DNA of 49,315 nt, filler included, from Sphacelaria rigidula (lineage: Eukaryota), in assembly GCA_964200075.2 (NCBI GenBank). It is 2 parts of 2 records of this genome, joined end to end, with 100 filler letters (N's around TTAATTAATTAA, not from the genome) between each part and the next. Parts side by side here need not be neighbours in the genome. Positions count along the whole stretch, not along the records: positions 24,729 to 49,315 come from CAXNAA020000196.1; 1 more part is not named here. The stretch is one strand, 5' to 3'. The notes beneath the pieces are model-generated. The model searched no databases, was not told the DNA's origin, and saw only the letters and a list, made by a program, of their open reading frames with translations. Position numbers and translations under genes: made by a program. Positions 25,445 through 37,094 of this stretch are shown here, piece after piece; positions within the stretch are counted from its first letter, which is position 1; each line of letters begins with the position of its first letter.

Positions 25445-25904
25445 CCGTCTATAGTCGTGCACACTCCGACAATCAATTCGAAGATGATCGCCGACTTGTG
25501 CACGCTCTGACAGTTCATTCAAAGATAACCGCCTACATGCGCGTGCTCCGACAATCAATTTGAAGATGACCGTCTACCTGTCTGCGCGCTATGACCGTCC
25601 CGGGGGCAGGGCTGCATTCTTCTGGTCTTGAGAGTCTATGGGTTCCACACATTCCTTTTTCGAGATTTACACCGGAAATAATCTGATGAAATTTGCTGGC
25701 TTGTAATGAACGATTCGTGTGTTTATCGTGGAGACTATGCAAGTTGCCAACATACAAGTCGGATATCGAATGGATGAACCAAAACGTTGTATGAACCAAA
25801 TATATGTATATATATATATGCTTGCACCGTACAGCGAACAAGCAGGATTTGATTGCATACAGGAAAATGGGCGAGGACGAAGGTTCAAGATGTCAAGACC
25901 ATGT

Positions 25905-26410
25905 CTTTTCGAGCAGCTTGACAGGAGATCCAGGAGTTTCCCGTGTGTTTTCGAACAGGTTGACAGGTCACCAGGAGTTTCCCTTGTGCGTGCAAACAGG
26001 TTGACAGGAGATCCAGGATTGCCCATATGTTTTCGAACAGGTTGACAGGGAGCCAGGATTTCCCATATGTTTTCGAACAGGTTGACAGGGGGCCAGGAGT
26101 TTCCCTTGTGCGCGCGAACAGGTTGACAGAGATCCAGGATTTCCCTTATGTTTTCGAACAGGTTGACAGGGAGCCAGGATTTCCCATATGTTTTCGAACA
26201 GGTTGACAGGGGGCCAGGAGTTTCCCTTGTGCGCGCGAACAGGTTGACAGAGATCCAGGATTTCCCTTATGTTTTCGAACAGGTTGACAGGGAGCGAGGA
26301 TTTCCCATATGTTTTCGAACAGGTTCACAGGGAGCCAGGGTTTCCCATATGTTTTCGAACAGGTTGACTGGTGGCCAGGAGTTTCCCTTTCGCGTGCGAA
26401 CAGGTTGCAG
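25905..26410. repeat. 40-41-bp minisatellite, ~12.5 copies, with 121-bp three-unit higher-order repeat
   Basis: Consensus ttttcgaacaggttgacagggagccaggatttcccatatg; roughly every third unit starts cgYgc. Confidence 0.95.
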
Positions 26411-26479
26411 AAAGGGGCTCAATTGCGAGGTAGATTCCCCGATGTACCAAGATCCGCAAACGGTTTACGGACAGCCCAG

Positions 26480-26760
26480 AGCGGTCAACAAGATCAAGGA
26501 CTTCTCCGGACTGGATGGGATCGTTTCTGTACGGTGTTCAAATTCCCTACGTGGTCTAACCCGGCAGAGGGATCTACAAGAGCGGGAGTTGCCGAGACTG
26601 TTTGAGATTGTTTTGCACGGTGTTTAAATTCCCTACGTGGTCTAACCCGGCAGAGCAGTCAACAAGATCGACGACGCCTCCGGACTGGAAGGGATCGTCC
26701 TACACGGTGTTTAAATTCCCTACGTGGTCTAACCCGGCAGAACGATTATCAAGATCGACG
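26480..26760. repeat. ~87-bp tandem repeat, 3 copies
   Basis: acggtgttYaaattccctacgtggtctaacccggcaga near 26531, 26617 and 26704. Confidence 0.9.
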
Positions 26761-26865
26761 GCTACGCCCCGACGCTGAACTCGGAAGAGTGACATGGTAA
26801 CGCGGCGATCCATCGCGTGAATCACGTCAGTCCCAGGGTTTTTCAATCCTAGGACTGAGGGGGGG

Positions 26866-27470
26866 TGTTACGGATCGCGGCGTGATGCGGTGGAAGGGGG
26901 ACAGTACAATGATGGGCCGTTGATTCGGAACGAAGATACGCGCCCGGAGGGCTGATCGCAGGAACTGGCTAGTACCTGCGGTCAGGGGTGAGGATGTTAA
27001 GTAATCCGTCAAGATACGGAGTACATAAAAACATGCCTCTTACATCTGGTTGAATCCGATTCTTTCTAAGAATCGGTGCAACGCTGAGATCACCCTGGTG
27101 TTCAGAGAAAAACCTCGAGAGAGATTCTGGCAATAAACACTACCAAGGAACAAAAGAAATCGAATTACCTGAAGCTGTGAGCGAGGATATCCTGACGATC
27201 GACGCGTACTGTACTGCGTAGGACTGTCTCCCCACGCGCTGTCAACTGACGATTGTTACAAGATTAACGGTGAGACAGTTGGAGTTCGAATGCAGTAAGT
27301 AAACAAATGAAATAAACGAACTGGTGCACAAGTGAATGGCAGTCAAATAATAAGTAGAATGATAGGTCACCCATGAAACAGTGAAATTCCATAATCGCTG
27401 ACTGAAGTTTTGCTGTTGGCCTAGTTCGGAGATCGGCCTGCACGGGAGAGTTCAGCAGAGGCTGACAACA
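26866..27470 (+). repeat. Putative 3' LTR (~605 bp)
   Basis: Starts TGTTA directly after the PPT (26857-26865). Contains TATA-like tacataaaaa (~27022) and AATAAA (27132, 27311). Ends …GACAACA; the right end is inferred. Confidence 0.6.
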
Positions 27471-27496
27471 ACCGGAGACTGCAGTTTACCTGCACC

Positions 27497-30400
27497 AGAA
27501 CAAGCGAACACGCCAACACGAGAACACGCGAATACGCGAGCACGCGACTACGCGAACACGCGAACACGCGAAGAGGTCTTTGTCATTTTATACCGGCTCC
27601 GTGTTGGGGCCGTGGCCATGCCACGAGGTAACGAACAACTATGGTTTGACTACAATATTTATTCAGTAGTGGTAACACAATATATGGTCTGGAAACGTAA
27701 TCCTGAAGGTGAAACTCAGCCTCAGGGTCAATCCTCGGGAATCCTAAATGAAAAAACCGAGCACCGACGACCAGACCGCCGAGGACCCGGTGGCCGAACA
27801 CGTGAAGACACACGCGAAGACGCGAAGACGCGAAGACGCGAAGACGCGAACACGCGAACACGCGAAGAAGCCAACACGCGAACACACGAACAAGTGAAGA
27901 CACAAGCGAACCCGCGAACACGCTAACACGCAAACACCCGAACACGTAAGACGCGAACACGCCAACAAGCCACCACGCCAACACGCGAACACACGATCAC
28001 GTGAAGACACACGCGAACCCGCGAACACGCTAACACGCCAACACGCGAACAAGCCAATACGCGAACACACGAACAAGCGCAAACACAAGCGAAGACGCGA
28101 ACAATGAAGACGCGAACAAGCGAACACGCGAACACGTCACACGCGAACACGCGAACACGCGAACACGCGAACACGCATACACGCGAACACGTCGTTGTCA
28201 TTCTATATCGGATTCGGGTTGTGCTCGTGGCCATACTATGAGGTTACAAACAACTATGGTTTGAATCCAATAAATATTCATTGGTGGTAACACAAGATAT
28301 GGTCTAAAACCGTATTCCTGAAGGTGAAACTCAGCCTCAGGGTCAGTCTTCGGGAATCCTGAATGGAGAATCCGAAGCACCGACGACCTGACCACCGAGG
28401 ACCCGATGGCCGAACACGTGAAGACGAAAGCGAACACGGGAACAAGGACACACGGGAAGAGGTCTTTGTCATTTCATATCGGATCCGTCTTGTGCTCGTG
28501 GCCATGCTATGAGGTAACAAACAACTCTGGTTTGAATCCAATAATTATGCAGTGGGAAAAACACAAGATTTGGTCTGGAAACGTACGTATTCCCGAAGTT
28601 ACAACTCAGTTGGGTCACATCTTTGGTAATCCAAAAATCGAAGAAGCCAACACGCGAACACACGAACAGGTGAAGACACAAGCGAACCCGCGAACACGCT
28701 AACACGCCAACACGTAAGACGCGAACAAGCGAACAAGCGAACAAGCCAACACAAAACGACATGAACAGTTGAAGACACAAGCGAACACGCCAACACGCGA
28801 ACACGCTAACACGCCAACACGCCAACACGTAAGACGCGAAGCGCGAACAAGCGAACAGGCCTACACGCGAAGACACGAACAAGTGAAGACGCAAGCGAGC
28901 CCGCGAACACGCCAACACGCCAACACGCCAACACGTAAGATGCGAAGCGCGAACAAGCGAACAATCCAACACGCGAACACGAGAACAAGCAAACACGGGA
29001 AGAGGTCTTTGTCATTTCATACCGGATCCGTGTTGTGCTCGTGGCCATGCTATGAGTTAACAAACAACTTTGGTTTAAATGCAAAAAATATCCAGTGGGG
29101 GTATTACAAGATTTGGTCTGGAAACGTACGTATTCCTGAAGCTGAAACTCAGTCTTAGGGTCACATCTTTGGTAATCCAAAAATCGAACAAGCCAACACG
29201 CGAACACACGAACAAGTGAAGACACAAGCAAACACGCCAACACGCCAACACGTAAGACGCGAACAAGCGAACAAGCGAACAAGCGAACAAGCCAACACAA
29301 AAACACATGAACAAGTGAAGACACAAGCGAAGACGCGAAGACGCGAACAAGCGAACAAGTCAACACGCGAACACACGAACACGTGAAGACATAAAGCGAA
29401 CCCGCAAACACGCTAACACGCCAACACGCCAACACGTAAGACGTGAACAAGCGAACAAGCGAACAAGTCAACACGCGAACTCGTGAAGACATAAAGCGAA
29501 CCCGCAAACACGCCAACACGCCAACACGCCAACACGTGAGACGCGAACAAGCGAACAAGCCAACAAGCCAACACAAAAACACAAAAACAAGTGAAGACAC
29601 AAGCGAACACGCCAACACGCCAACACGTAAGACGCGAAGACGCGAACAAGCGAACAAGTCAACACGCGAACACACGAACACGTGAAGACATAAAGCAAAC
29701 CCGTAAACACGCTATCACGCCAACACGCCAACACGTACGACGCGAACAAGCCAACACGCAAACACACGAACATGTACGGACACAGACGAAGACTCGAAGA
29801 CGCGAACACGTAAAACGCGAAGACGCGACCTAGCGAACAAGCCAACACGCGAAGACGCGAAGACGTGAAGTCACAAGCGAAGACGCGAACAAGCGAAGAC
29901 GCGAAGACGCGGACACACGGACACGCGGACACGCGAACGCGCGAACATGCGAACACGAGAACACGCGAACACGTAAACACGCGAACACGTAAACACGCGA
30001 ACACGCGAACACGCGAACACGCGAAGAGGTCTTCGTCATTTCATACCGGATCCGTGTTGTGCTCGTGGCCATGCGATGAGGTAACAATCAACTATGGTTT
30101 GTATCCAAGAAATTTATAGTGGTGGTAGCACAAGGTTTGGTCTTGAAACGTATTCCTGAAGCTGAAACTCACCCTCAGGGTCACATCGTTGGGAATCCTA
30201 AATAAAAAAACCGAGCACCGACGACCTGACCGCCGAGGACCCGGTGGCCGAACACGTGAAGACACAAGCGAACAGGCGACCACGCGATCACGTAAGACGC
30301 GAAGACACGTACAAGCTAACAAGCCAACACACGAACACACGACCACGTAAAGACACAAGGGAAGACGCGAACAAGCTGACACGCGAACACGCGAACACGC

Positions 30401-31972
30401 GAACACGTAAGACGCGAACACGCGAACTAGCGAATGCGCGAACACGCGAAGAGGTCTACGGTCATTTCATACCGGATTCGTGTTGTGCTCGTGGCCATGC
30501 CTTGAGGTGACAAACAACTATGGTGTGAATCCCATAATTATTCAGTGCTGGTAATCCAAGATACGGTCTGGCAACGTATTCCTGAAGGTGAAACTCAGCC
30601 TCAGGTTCAGTCTTCAGGAATCCAAAATGGAGAAGCCGAGCACCGACGACCTGACCGCCAAGGACCCGGTGGCCGAACACGTGTGAAGACACAAGCAAAC
30701 ACGCGAACACGCAAACACGTGAAGACGCAAGCGAACAAGCGAACAAGCGAACACGCGAACACGCGAACACGAGAACAAGCAAACACGCGAACACGCGAAG
30801 AGGTCTTTGTCATTTCATGCCAGATCCGTGTTGTGGTCGTGGCCATGCCACGAGGTAACAAACACTATGGTTTGAATCCAAGACATATTCAGCGGTGGTA
30901 CCACAAGATATGGTCTGGAAACGTATTCCTGTAGCTGAAACTCAGCAAGCTGAAACTCAGCCGCAGGATCAACCTTCGGGAATCCTAAATAGAGAAACCG
31001 AGCACCGACGACCTGACCGCCGAGGACCCAATGGCCAAACACGTGAAGACACAAGCGAAGACGCGAACACGCGAACACGTAAGACGCGAGCACGCGAACA
31101 CGTAAGACGCGAACACGCGAACACGCGAACACGTGAAGACCAAAATGAACACGCGAACACGCGAACACGCGAACACGCGAACACGCGAACACGCGAATGG
31201 GTCTTTGTCATTTCATACCAGATCCGTGTTGTGCTCGTGGCCATGCCATGAGGTAACAAACAACTATGGTTTGAATCCAATAAATATATAGGGGTGGTAA
31301 CACAAGATATGGTCTCTAAACGTACGTATTCCTGAAGCTGAAACTCACCCTCAGGGTCACATCTTTGACAATCCAAAAAAGAGAAACCGAGCACCGACGA
31401 CCTGACCGCCGAGGATCCAATGACCGAACACGTGAAGACACAAGCGAACAAGCGAACACGCGAACACGCGAACACGTAAGACGCGAACACGCGAACAAGC
31501 GAACAAGCCAACACGCGAACACACGAACACCTGAAGACACAAGCAAACACGCGAACATGAGAACACGCGAACAAGCGAACAAGCGAACACGCGAGCACGT
31601 GAAGACACAAGCGAACACGCGAACAAGCCAACACGCGAACACGCGAACAAGCGAACAAGCGAACAAGCGAACAAGCGAACACGAGAACACGCGAACACGC
31701 GAAGAGGTCTTTGTCATTTTATACCGGATCTAGTTGTGCTCGTGGCCATGCCTTGAGGTAACAAACAACTTTGGTTTGAATCCAATAAATATCCAGTGGT
31801 GGTAACACAAGATGAAGTCTCAAAACGTACGTATTCCTGAACCTGAAACTCAGCCTCAGGGTCCCATCTTTGAGAATCCTTAAAAGAGAAACTGAGCACC
31901 GACGACCTGACCGCCGAGGACCCGGTGGCCGGACACGTGAAGACACAAGCGAAGACGTGAAGACGCGAAGAC
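27497..31972. repeat. Compound satellite: nine ~180-240-bp conserved units separated by variable tracts of degenerate 8-mers (ACACGCGA family)
   Basis: The unit (aagaggtctttgtcatttcataccggatccgtgttgtgctcgtggccatg…ggacccggtggccg) starts near 27571, 28191, 28457, 29000, 30024, 30449, 30798, 31197 and 31702. Intervening tracts run from ~40 to ~840 bp. Confidence 0.95.
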
Positions 31973-31999
31973 GGGGGTCACGCCTGATAACTTTCCATC

Positions 32000-33090
32000 A
32001 GTAGCCAATTCTTTTTCACGTGATGCTCATCGCAAAACTTCCTCTTGCGCTCAAGTTTATTTTTTTAATATGACGCCTCCTCGGTCTTCTCAACCAGCTT
32101 CTCCTTTCGAGACGCCATTCTGACCTCCTTCTCAGAATCGGCATTCCTTCCTAGTCAGAAACTTAATTGTTTTGTGCTTTCCAAGGAGCTCTTTCCTCAG
32201 AGATGCCACCACGGCTTGCAGGCGAGACGATCCCGCCATTTCGGATTCCCAATTATGTATTTGATCCTGCTGAGCCTTGTCCAGCATGGTTGCAAGGAAG
32301 AAATCCTTGACGGAGTCCAATTTGATACCACGCAAGGTGACGACGGGCTCGTTTGATGCATGAGAAATCGCGGCCAACATCATCTCCAGGAACTCGCCCT
32401 TCTCATCCTTCTCCAGAAGACTTTCTTCAGCGTGTCAATCGTAGCCTTGTCGTACTCAATATGCGCGCATCCGATCGACACGCTGGGAAGGGCATCGCCC
32501 GCTGGGAACAGATTGCTTTGCTTACGCGGCGGCTTCAACACTTTTTCTTGAAGCACGGCGAGCATTGGGTGGCGATGTATTCGATGTGCTCGTTGATGAT
32601 CTCCCGCGCGCCTTCCATGTCTGAAGATGTTACGCTTGCCGCGTACCCCAGATCGGACAGCGCGTGTCCGCGGCGCACGAGGCTCTCCATGACATTGAAG
32701 AATATGATCACGAACTCCACATCGCGTTCGCGCTTGATGGCCGGATGAATACTCTCCGTCTTTGAGATCAAGGTATTGATCAGGAGCTTGCGAACCCTGT
32801 CACTGCAAAGAGAAAACTTGAATATCCCCTCCATCGCGTGCCGATCAAAGTCGTCGATGCCCCGGAAGCGATCACAAACCTCTTTGGACAGGCCAGCTAT
32901 GTCCTTGCCTTCTGCGATGAGGCAATATGTAGGGCGATTTTTGGCCTTTGTGGCAGCCTTTGTGGCAAGAGGATCGCGCAACCCGAGTTTGATGTATTCT
33001 ATCGAGGCATTGATCAGGTTTGTGTTATCGCGATCGGTACCTTGTCCCGAGGAAGGAACGTCAAGACTTCGTCGTACGATGATTTATGAT
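32000..33090 (-). pseudogene. Frameshifted intronless ORF, virus-like, unknown product
   Basis: Consecutive ORF pieces 32535-32981, 32380-32565 and 32132-32383 read as one protein broken by frameshifts, with no splice signals. Confidence 0.55.
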
Positions 33091-34412
33091 CACCACCGTC
33101 CGGTTGTTGGTATCGGATTGCGTTCGAACATGTCGTGATCCTTTCGAACAGTGGTGATGGTGTAGTCATGACGACAGACTGACCAGATAGGTGTGAACTG
33201 CGGAGTGGTGTGGGATAGGGCGACTATTGTCAAAACTTTCGCGTGGGCGAACAAACGGCGGCAGCCAGTTTTCTGTGCAGAAATCGCCTTGAAAACAAAA
33301 ATCCAAACATCAACACCGCCGTAGTTTCTCCAACCGTTTTGATTTCTCCTCGATGTTGCTTTGCGGCCGACGGTAGAAGCCCCGCAGTAGAAGAACTTCT
33401 TCAGCGGCGCGTGAGAGCGGTTGGACGCTGCGGGCACGGATGGAGACCGTGTTGAGCCATTTGTGTCTCGAAGCAACAAAATGATCATATTGCACTGACC
33501 CCGTTTGTCCAAACATCTGGTTTCTCGTCGAAAGCGGCTGTGAACGTTTCGAATGCGTTTCGCTTTTGATGGTGCTATCCAGTGTTGCACGCTGCTGGCT
33601 ATGGTGCGGATGCTCTACCTCAAGCGATAAAAGCCCTGTACGCGCAAAGTCCCTCCCGCTCCTCTAGTCACTTTCCGATGATCGTACCCCCTGTGCGCGG
33701 CCACGCCTTCCAACAGCTTCTGTGTACGGTATTTTTCGTGAGGACCAAATGGTGACAACCAAGGAAGAAGACCGCAGTTCCTTGATGCGCGATAGATGCC
33801 TTATTTGGTCGGCCTCTCAGGTGCTTCGACCACCAATCCACAGTCACGCGAGGCGCGTTATACCACCGGTCGCATGCAGGGCCACGACGGAGGACGGCGG
33901 TGCCAGCATCCAGCGGCGGGCCTGACATGTTAGCCACATGGCAGCAGGGGCGCGGAAGCTCAGCGATGAGGGTGTATTTCATTTGTACTCCCTGTTTGGC
34001 CTTGCGACCTTGACTGTTCATTGTGTTTCGTGGCGTATTACACTTGTTTTTCAGGAGCAATGACTGTGGTATTTTTGTACTTTTAAGACGCGGGCGATTC
34101 GCCCCACACCATCCTGCCCTGTTTTGTTCCCAGGTACTATTCGGGAGCGCTACTAACGGAAGCAGCTGACACGGGCATGTTGGCGGAGAGTTGTGGGGAG
34201 GGGATGGCAGAGAGCGGAAGGGCGTGGGGACAATTATGATAGGGGGGGGGAGAGGTGCAGATAGCGCGTCGATATTCAAGAGTTCGGGGTGCTCGCGTGA
34301 GTCTGGAGAAATTAAACCATGTGCTTTCGTATGGCACGCGGTTGCCTGCTTTTCATCAGCTGGCGGTGTGCGAGATGGAACACGTTGAGGGTGTCTTGGC
34401 CTCAATACCAAG

Positions 34413-34930
34413 TCACCGGTACGTTAGAGGCACGCAAACGGCCCCTGTGATTTGAGGCAGATTTTCGGGGTCTATTTTGCACGGATTTGGTCGCGGTGGA
34501 ACCTTTGTTTTAGTCGCATTTTTGCACTCCCACTTTTGGTAGGCGCGGTAGAGGCGGCGCAGGTTGTCAGGGGCTTGGTATTGTTGCCGCCAATTAAGCA
34601 ACCTTGGCGCTTGGCCTGCCCAAAAAAAAGAAGAGCGCGGTAGTGCAGTCGTCGCCTCTATGCAACCTCGTGTGATACAAAAGACGTTGCGCTCGATGTG
34701 CAAGAGCTGAAGTGTTTCGATCCTCATATCCTCGCGAAAACGTTTCATTTATGTCTTTGACATCGGTTTTCGGACAACAAACACGGCATCTTTTGAAGGA
34801 ACACCTTGCCGCCCACTTGTTGCCACATTGGCAGACTCTGCTGTTTTTGTCTCCCAGCAACTGCTCTTCCCTTATCCTCCGTCGTTCGCGCATGAAAAAA
34901 TCCTGGCGGGCGGAACTCACGCAATAGCTG
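34413..34930 (-). pseudogene. Decayed ORF(s) including a Cys-rich SHI/STY-like zinc-finger motif
   Basis: VCQCGNKWAARCSFKRCRVCCPK resembles the CxxCGNxAxxxCxxxRCRxCC spacing; followed by ORF 34413-34748. Confidence 0.4.
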
Positions 34931-35317
34931 TAGCGAAAACAAAACTGGTACTGCCTGCACAATCGATGTTGATTAACCGCCCTCCTTTTCTGCAGCGTCC
35001 ATCTCGCGCAAACGCCGTAATCACCCACGTTAAAATACGAACGGGCGCCGGCCGACACGCGTGGGGCCAATGTGCCCCGGCGCGGGTAAAGTAAATTCTC
35101 TTGTTTTGAGACGGTGATAGGGGAGAGGCACGTGTGGCACCCCCGGTTCGTTGCCGCCGTGGGATCCTCTGCTACCGGCTCCATCACGCTCACTGAAACA
35201 ATTCGCGGACAAGCGAGGGGAGCAGTCGCAAAAAACAACATTGCAAATTGCAAACATCATCACTGATCATTCGAATCCGGGAACGACGAACAAATGCCAG
35301 GCACGCGCGCGCACATT

Positions 35318-35746
35318 CTACCTGGTCTCGGAAACAATATTGCTCGCTGACGTAGACATCGATCTCGTGACTGCCTTCTTGCCCGATGCGAAGTCCAGGC
35401 GTCGTTCGCTGGAGCTTTCCGACGCTCCAAAAGCGTCGTCTACGCCAACATTCCGGCCGTTATCGAAAGCGTCAAGAAGAACATGACCAAATTCCAGAGA
35501 GAAACCCTCTGCAGCCTCCCGCAGAACCCGGGTATCTGACACCTGAAGGCCATTGTCGAGCGCCAAGTGCATCGTTTGTGGAAATAGTTGCAAAGGGGGA
35601 ATGCGAGGGCCCTCGGGAATCCCGGCGCACCCGAACTGCACCATGGGCCTCGAGGTCAACTTGCGGTGCATCCGGACCGGGACACCTGATGAGCTCGTGC
35701 CTCTCGTGCGGTCGACAATGCCGGTCAACGTTACAAGTCGTACCAT
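35318..35746 (-). CDS. Short intronless hypothetical protein (142 aa), virus-like island
   Basis: ATG-started open frame with protein-like composition; no recognised domain. Confidence 0.4.
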   Translation of the reverse strand: MVRLVTLTGIVDRTRGTSSSGVPVRMHRKLTSRPMVQFGCAGIPEGPRIPPLQLFPQTMHLALDNGLQVSDTRVLREAAEGFSLEFGHVLLDAFDNGRNVGVDDAFGASESSSERRLDFASGKKAVTRSMSTSASNIVSETR

Positions 35747-35945
35747 GGTCCATACACTTACGAGACAGAAATGCCCAAACCTATCCTCGGTGCCATCCCG
35801 GGAAACATGATATTCGTTTACTAGAACGGATCACGCCCACGAGGTCAACGCTTGGATAGAGAGAGTTCGCCAAGAGAGGCGCGTTAAACAAGGCAAGTGC
35901 AAACGAGCGGCGGCGGATCGGAGGAACGCGCGATAGAAGACACAG

Positions 35946-36357
35946 ATGGGCGTGAACGAACAAAGGAGCACGTCGATCGAGGCCATCGTGAATATCACTG
36001 TGGGTGCGCATGGTACCGAAGAGCGCGAAGAAGTGCGTGTCGAAAGTGTCCGCGGAGGGAAGCGTCGCCGCGATCGCCGTCGTCCGCGCCAACGCAGATC
36101 TCTCTGGCGAGATCCACGTGATCATCCTGTCACCGGGATGTATACGGCCATGCACGCAAGAGTTGGAAGCCGCTTACGCGTTGGCTCGGATAGTCGGAGA
36201 GGAAGCGGTATCCTTGCTTCGTCGGGACCGCCGCATTCGACCGCGCAAGCGGAGCTTGTCGCGCGTGCAAAAAAGAGCGGACGAGGGAAGCGATGGCTGT
36301 GGCTCGTCAGGACAAGTACATGATGAAACAGCCCGTGATAGCGATGGTGGCTTCTGA
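35946..36357 (+). pseudogene. KilA-N/BRO-like DNA-binding protein relic of NCLDV type
   Basis: STSIEAIVNITVG (frameshift) …ADLSGEIHVIILSPG…AYALARIVGEEAVSLL resembles the SVIDVI…T-G / ADxxGxxxIIxxLPG…AxxLxRxxGGDxSL pattern (recognised from memory). Confidence 0.45.
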
Positions 36358-36573
36358 TGATACTAGGGTTAGCGTATTCGCGCTTCGGGAGGTTGTAGCC
36401 CTACTAGGGGAAGTAAGGATATTTAGCGTTCAACCAATCAACTTTTCTGGAGCGTTCTCTCCAGTGTGTACGCAAAACATGCGACTTGAAATGCTCGTGC
36501 CCGTCGCTCACAACTGATCATCGCCGTCTTCAAAAGCCAAACAAATTACTTCAAGAAAACCAGAAACAACAAT

Positions 36574-36900
36574 ATGAACAACGCCATGGACACCAAGATC
36601 GACGTCGACCAAGAATCGAACAAGGCCGCGACCGCGGGTCTTGGTGACACACCAACCGGATTTAGGTTTATATCTGGTGAAGATCGCAAGTAGTTCGCCA
36701 AACAAATGGTCGAGCAGTGTCTTAAACGTAAGCGTCAGGAAATCGAAGAAAAGGAGATTTCGCTCAAGCGCAAGCGCAGCGATCACGTCATGAGCTGCTA
36801 CGAGTGAATGACCGAATTCGGCTTTGAGCTCGATTCGCGCACAGTATTTCATATTTTTTATACCATGGCCGTCCTCACCCAAGTAGGCGTTGGTGCCGAC
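36574..36900 (+). pseudogene. Coiled-coil virus-like ORF relic with in-frame stops
   Basis: aacaatATG NNAMDTKIDVDQE…DRK*FAKQMVEQCLKRKRQEIEEKEISLKRKRSDHVMSCYE*MTEFGFELDSR. This frame is not in the ORF track because of the stops. Confidence 0.5.
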
Positions 36901-37094
36901 GATGAGGTGCTTTCAACTTGCTGGTCTTGTGAGAGCTTTTCGTAAAGTGCCTGTCTTTGTGATTATAACGGTCAAGAACGCGCATTCGTTTTCCTCCAAA
37001 ACGTGTGTTTGAAACTTTCAAAGCTTGTGTACCATGGACGCCATCCAAAACATGGAAAATGTTCCCATCCGCGTGAACATCAAATCAAAACGGG

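Larger units (their letters stand above)
24729..27470 (+). mobile_element. 3' part of a Gypsy-like LTR retrotransposon (pol tail, repeat-rich 3' region, PPT, 3' LTR)
   Basis: Pol-tail-like ORF ending at 25444, tandem repeats, then purine tract gaggggggg abutting TGTTA at 26866 and a candidate …ACAACA end at 27470. Confidence 0.7.

Noticed and set aside
25905-26760. CRISPR-like short arrays
   Set aside because: The units are contiguous tandem copies, or have spacers homologous to each other, and they lie in a retroelement 3' region.
27583-31946. Many ORFs rich in RVRVFACS / TREHAN
   Set aside because: They are translation artefacts of the stop-poor 8-mer satellite.
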